From Euglena gracilis (taxonomy: Eukaryota), in assembly GCA_039621445.1 (NCBI GenBank), contig CP154954.1, forward strand, positions 46,665,847-46,729,846: 64,000 nt of DNA, read 5' to 3'. Positions 61,301 to 64,000 of this stretch are shown one piece after another. A program made the position numbers and the translations under genes. Position 1 is the first letter of the stretch. Each line of letters opens with the position of its first letter. Below the pieces are notes generated by a model. It was not told the DNA's origin, ran no database searches, and saw only the letters and a program-made list of their open reading frames with translations.

Positions 61301-63064
61301 GGGGGGGAGGGCGCTGGGGATGATGTTCCCCTCGTCCACCAGGTCCTGGAACTCGACCTCCTCCGGGGCCTCCTCGTCCACCAGGCCGGGCAGCGGCTCC
61401 CAACCCTTCTCCACGTGACGGTGGCCCCTCATCCGGTCCACACGCACGCAGAGCTCCCCCGCAAAAAGCGCCAGTGCACAATTTTCTTGAGCTGGCAGTG
61501 AAATGACACAAATGCAACGGATTTGTGTGTGAGTACATTTGGACCATCATGTGTTTTATGTTGAACCATCTGTGCTTTGACTGCGGGCCTGCCTGTGTCT
61601 GCCCACCAGTACACGCGTGTGCGTGCGTTTGAACCCCTTTGGAGGCAGTGCGAACACAGCTGAGGCAGCGGAAGCATCAGGTGCACTGCGATGAAAGCAG
61701 CGTCCGGAGGGGCGCGACGGAGGAGAAGCCAGCCTCAGTTCCGCCCGGAGCAAGTCCCGCCGCGCCCGCCTCTCCTCCGGCGCCTTCATCATGGCCTCCG
61801 CTCGGTACAGTTCCGCCTCCGTCATCAGCCCGATGTCGTGAGTTTCAAGCGTCCAGCGCGGCTGGCGGCCATCCCCCCCCCCCGGGCGGATGAACACGTG
61901 GAAGGTGGGTCCAGCTGCGGGGCATGGAGTGGTAAGCACAGCGAAAGGGGAGCAGTGTTGACCCGTCCACCCAAGAGCCGTCCAGCAGCACCCGTGACCC
62001 ACCCGCGCCGGCCCGGGAAACTGTCCTCTGGGCCTGTCTGTGGTGGAATTCCCTGAAAAGCGGTCATTTTCAGGCGTTGGGAGGTTGGGCCGCCGCCCGG
62101 CCAGCTGGAGCCCGTCCGCCCCCTCCTCGACCTCCTCGTCCAGCCCGTCCTGCCCGGACACACTGAACGGCGGGGGCGGGGGCGCCGTCGGCAACTCCAC
62201 CGGCGGGGTCGGGACGGCGCGGACCGATGGGACACCGGCCCCCAGTGTGGAGGCCCCCCCCCCCTGGCGTGCCCAGGGTATGAAGTGAGCGGGGAGAGAG
62301 GGGGCGACCCTCCCTCCCCCTAGAAGGCCGCCCACTTAATACCCTGGGTGTGCCAGTGGGACGGTTCCACTGCGAACCCTCCCGTGGGGCCACCCCGTGG
62401 TGGTGACATGGTGTCACACAGTGTCCGGATGAATGCCCCCAAACCTGACACTCGACATCTCTGCTGCTCGCCATATTTGTTAAGTTAGACAATCGATGGA
62501 TGTGCACATTGCAACAGCTTTTTCACAACTGCATTGCAGATAAAGAAACTGTGGATATTCTTATGAAGCACAAAAGACGAGCGCTGACACAGAGAAATGA
62601 TTTCGTTCTTTATTTCTATTGGTCTTTTTTGCTTCATGGGTGATTACTGAGGATGCAAAATCAAGCTGATGCAATATGGTATTTATCTGCCTGTTCTCAG
62701 ATCGAATAATTCATATGAATATTAAGTTCCAATTTGCCGCCAGCTGTGCCAGTCGGTGTTGTTGTTCAATCACACTCAAGACTGCGAGCCGAGACTGGAT
62801 GCAAGACATGACGGTCCCCACAAACCCGTCAGCGCCACACGGCCCAGAGAGAAACAAACATCCACATCCTGGACCCAGCCCCCTCCTCCCGACCTCCGCG
62901 CCGGCCTGGGTGGCCGCTGCAATAGTTCCCGGCGCAGCAGCCGGGAGGGGTAGATTACGGCCACCTTCTTGCTGCGCCCCCTCACCACGGCGAGGTCCGG
63001 CATGCCGAGCAGGACGTCCCACCAGCTGGTGCCCAGGTAGGTCTTCAGCAGCTTGACACCCCGC
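52340..63064 (-). CDS. Multi-exon host gene of unknown product; exons approx. 63064-62875, 62263-~62000, ~61910-61615, 61491-61254, 59104-59036, 52483-~52340
   Basis: Strong G/C third-position bias (VKLLKTYLGTSWWDVLLGMPDL; DGLDEEVEEG; GLVDEEAPEEVEFQDLVDEGNIIP; LMAVLWRHMHKAEFIFICDLLH; HWVLYPTHPIKGLPP). In-frame GT-AG joins at 62874-62264 and 59035-52484. Confidence 0.6.
55075..55887. mobile_element. hAT-like MITE with a nested insertion
   Basis: TIR CA(T/G)GCAATTGCTTAA; perfect 8-bp TSD GTTGTGAC (55067-55074, 55888-55895). Confidence 0.88.
55178..55651. mobile_element. MITE nested in a poly-C tract of the previous element
   Basis: TIR CATACATC(T/C)CTCTAAGG at both ends; TSD is ambiguous in poly-C. 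Confidence 0.75.
55919..56674. mobile_element. CAG...CTG MITE with subterminal AAATTGCAC repeats
   Basis: CAGGGGGGG...AAATTGCAC / GTGCAATTTTGCCCCCCCCTCTG; flanking direct repeat CCCTTTG. Confidence 0.8.
59734..60962. mobile_element. CAG...CTG non-autonomous element with subterminal AAAACTGCA repeats
   Basis: CAGGGGGG..GCAAAA / TTTTGCCCCTCCCTG; 9-bp direct repeat CCACCTACC (59725-59733, 60963-60971). Confidence 0.82.
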
Positions 63065-63237
63065 CTGCGGGCACCCCCTGGCTGACCTCTGGGCCCCCGC
63101 CCGGTCGCTGTCCCCCGGGGGTGGGTCACCGCGGGAAGTGGCAAACGCGGGAGGGGCGCCTGTACACAGCCGAAGGTGCGCTGATAGATCCCCCCAGTAT
63201 GCCCTCTGCCTGCAAGTGATCGACCAGGACTCACACG

Positions 63238-63310
63238 GCGGGACCTGGGTCTCGAACCCACGACCTCCCGCCTGTGAGGCCAACACCTTAGCCGAATAAG
63301 CTACCCGCGC
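63238..63310 (-). pseudogene. Degenerate tRNA-like sequence (CAC anticodon position), probably a tRNA-derived SINE head
   Basis: A-box-like TAGCTTATTCGG, B-box GGTTCGAGACC, T-arm TGGG/CCCA; anticodon and acceptor stems are imperfect. Confidence 0.6.
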
Positions 63311-64000
63311 GATACTCGCTTTGGTGTTATGCACCTACCACTGTAGTGCGTTGTAGGCTCTCCCGTCTGCCGCACACGGCGCCGCAGTCCACTGTGACTG
63401 GCTGCAGCGCCACCGCCCATGATCCCACCTCCCGCAACAACCTCAGCCCGGTCCTCCGCACACACACGGGTGCCCTGCTCTTCCTTGGGTTGAGGCAATT
63501 TTCTTCCGACCAAATTTGCTTGCATGACGGGAGACCAGCCATAGCCATTTTTTTGTGCCGGTGGATTGTCGAGCCATAGGCGGTGGTGCGCCGGAAGCTG
63601 GCCAACATGGGTGGGCAGAGCCTGCTTTCGAACATTGTCACATTACCACATACTCACATACCAGCCCCCCCCCACACCTTTTCCATGCTGAGAATTGAGG
63701 AAGGCAAAGACCAAAACCTGCATCAATGTAAAGAACATCACCCTGGAGGCAGGTCAGCGCCATAAACTTGGTGACCCTGGGGGAGAGGTTTGGGTACTTT
63801 TCCCCTAGGCCAAAACCCACCCAGGGGGGCTCGTGGGCTTGTGGGTGGGTCACCAATCCCCTCAGCCAGCCCAAAACCACTGGAAATCCACCAAAAATCC
63901 TTAAACTCTTTCTGCCCAACCCGGCCCTGGCCAGGTTGGGCACACCTGGCCAGGGCCGGGGATGAAATAACTTAAGGTTTTTTGGCTGATTTCTGGGCAT

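Noticed and set aside
62269-62874. Second possible nonconventional intron (CAG at +4, CTG at -8, ~10-bp end pairing)
   Set aside because: A conventional GT-AG intron ending at 62264 already gives an in-frame join, so no non-canonical mechanism is needed. It could be an intermediate type.

Overview
Repeat-dense eukaryotic genomic DNA. The organism cannot be named from the sequence; one candidate non-canonical intron fits the euglenid pattern. The first ~19 kb is a nest of chromodomain-bearing Ty3/gypsy LTR retrotransposons. Element A (minus strand, 1-10144) encodes a C5 DNA-cytosine methyltransferase domain between the Gag zinc knuckle and the protease. Element B (minus strand, 12707-19247, both LTRs plus ATATC target-site duplication) encodes a Dam-like N6-adenine methyltransferase domain (IDLFA...WANPPF), masked by one stop and one frameshift, between the protease and RT. 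A truncated third element (plus-strand integrase-chromodomain) and an interrupted P/Q-rich ORF are the apparent insertion targets. The rest of the window holds a ~7.4 kb array of a 206-bp satellite, a ~730 bp foldback, many TIR-bounded non-autonomous elements (several with 5-9 bp TSDs, some nested), microsatellites, a degenerate tRNA-like SINE head, and GC3-rich exons of at least one unidentified minus-strand host gene. All calls come from manual reading and translation; no database searches were run.
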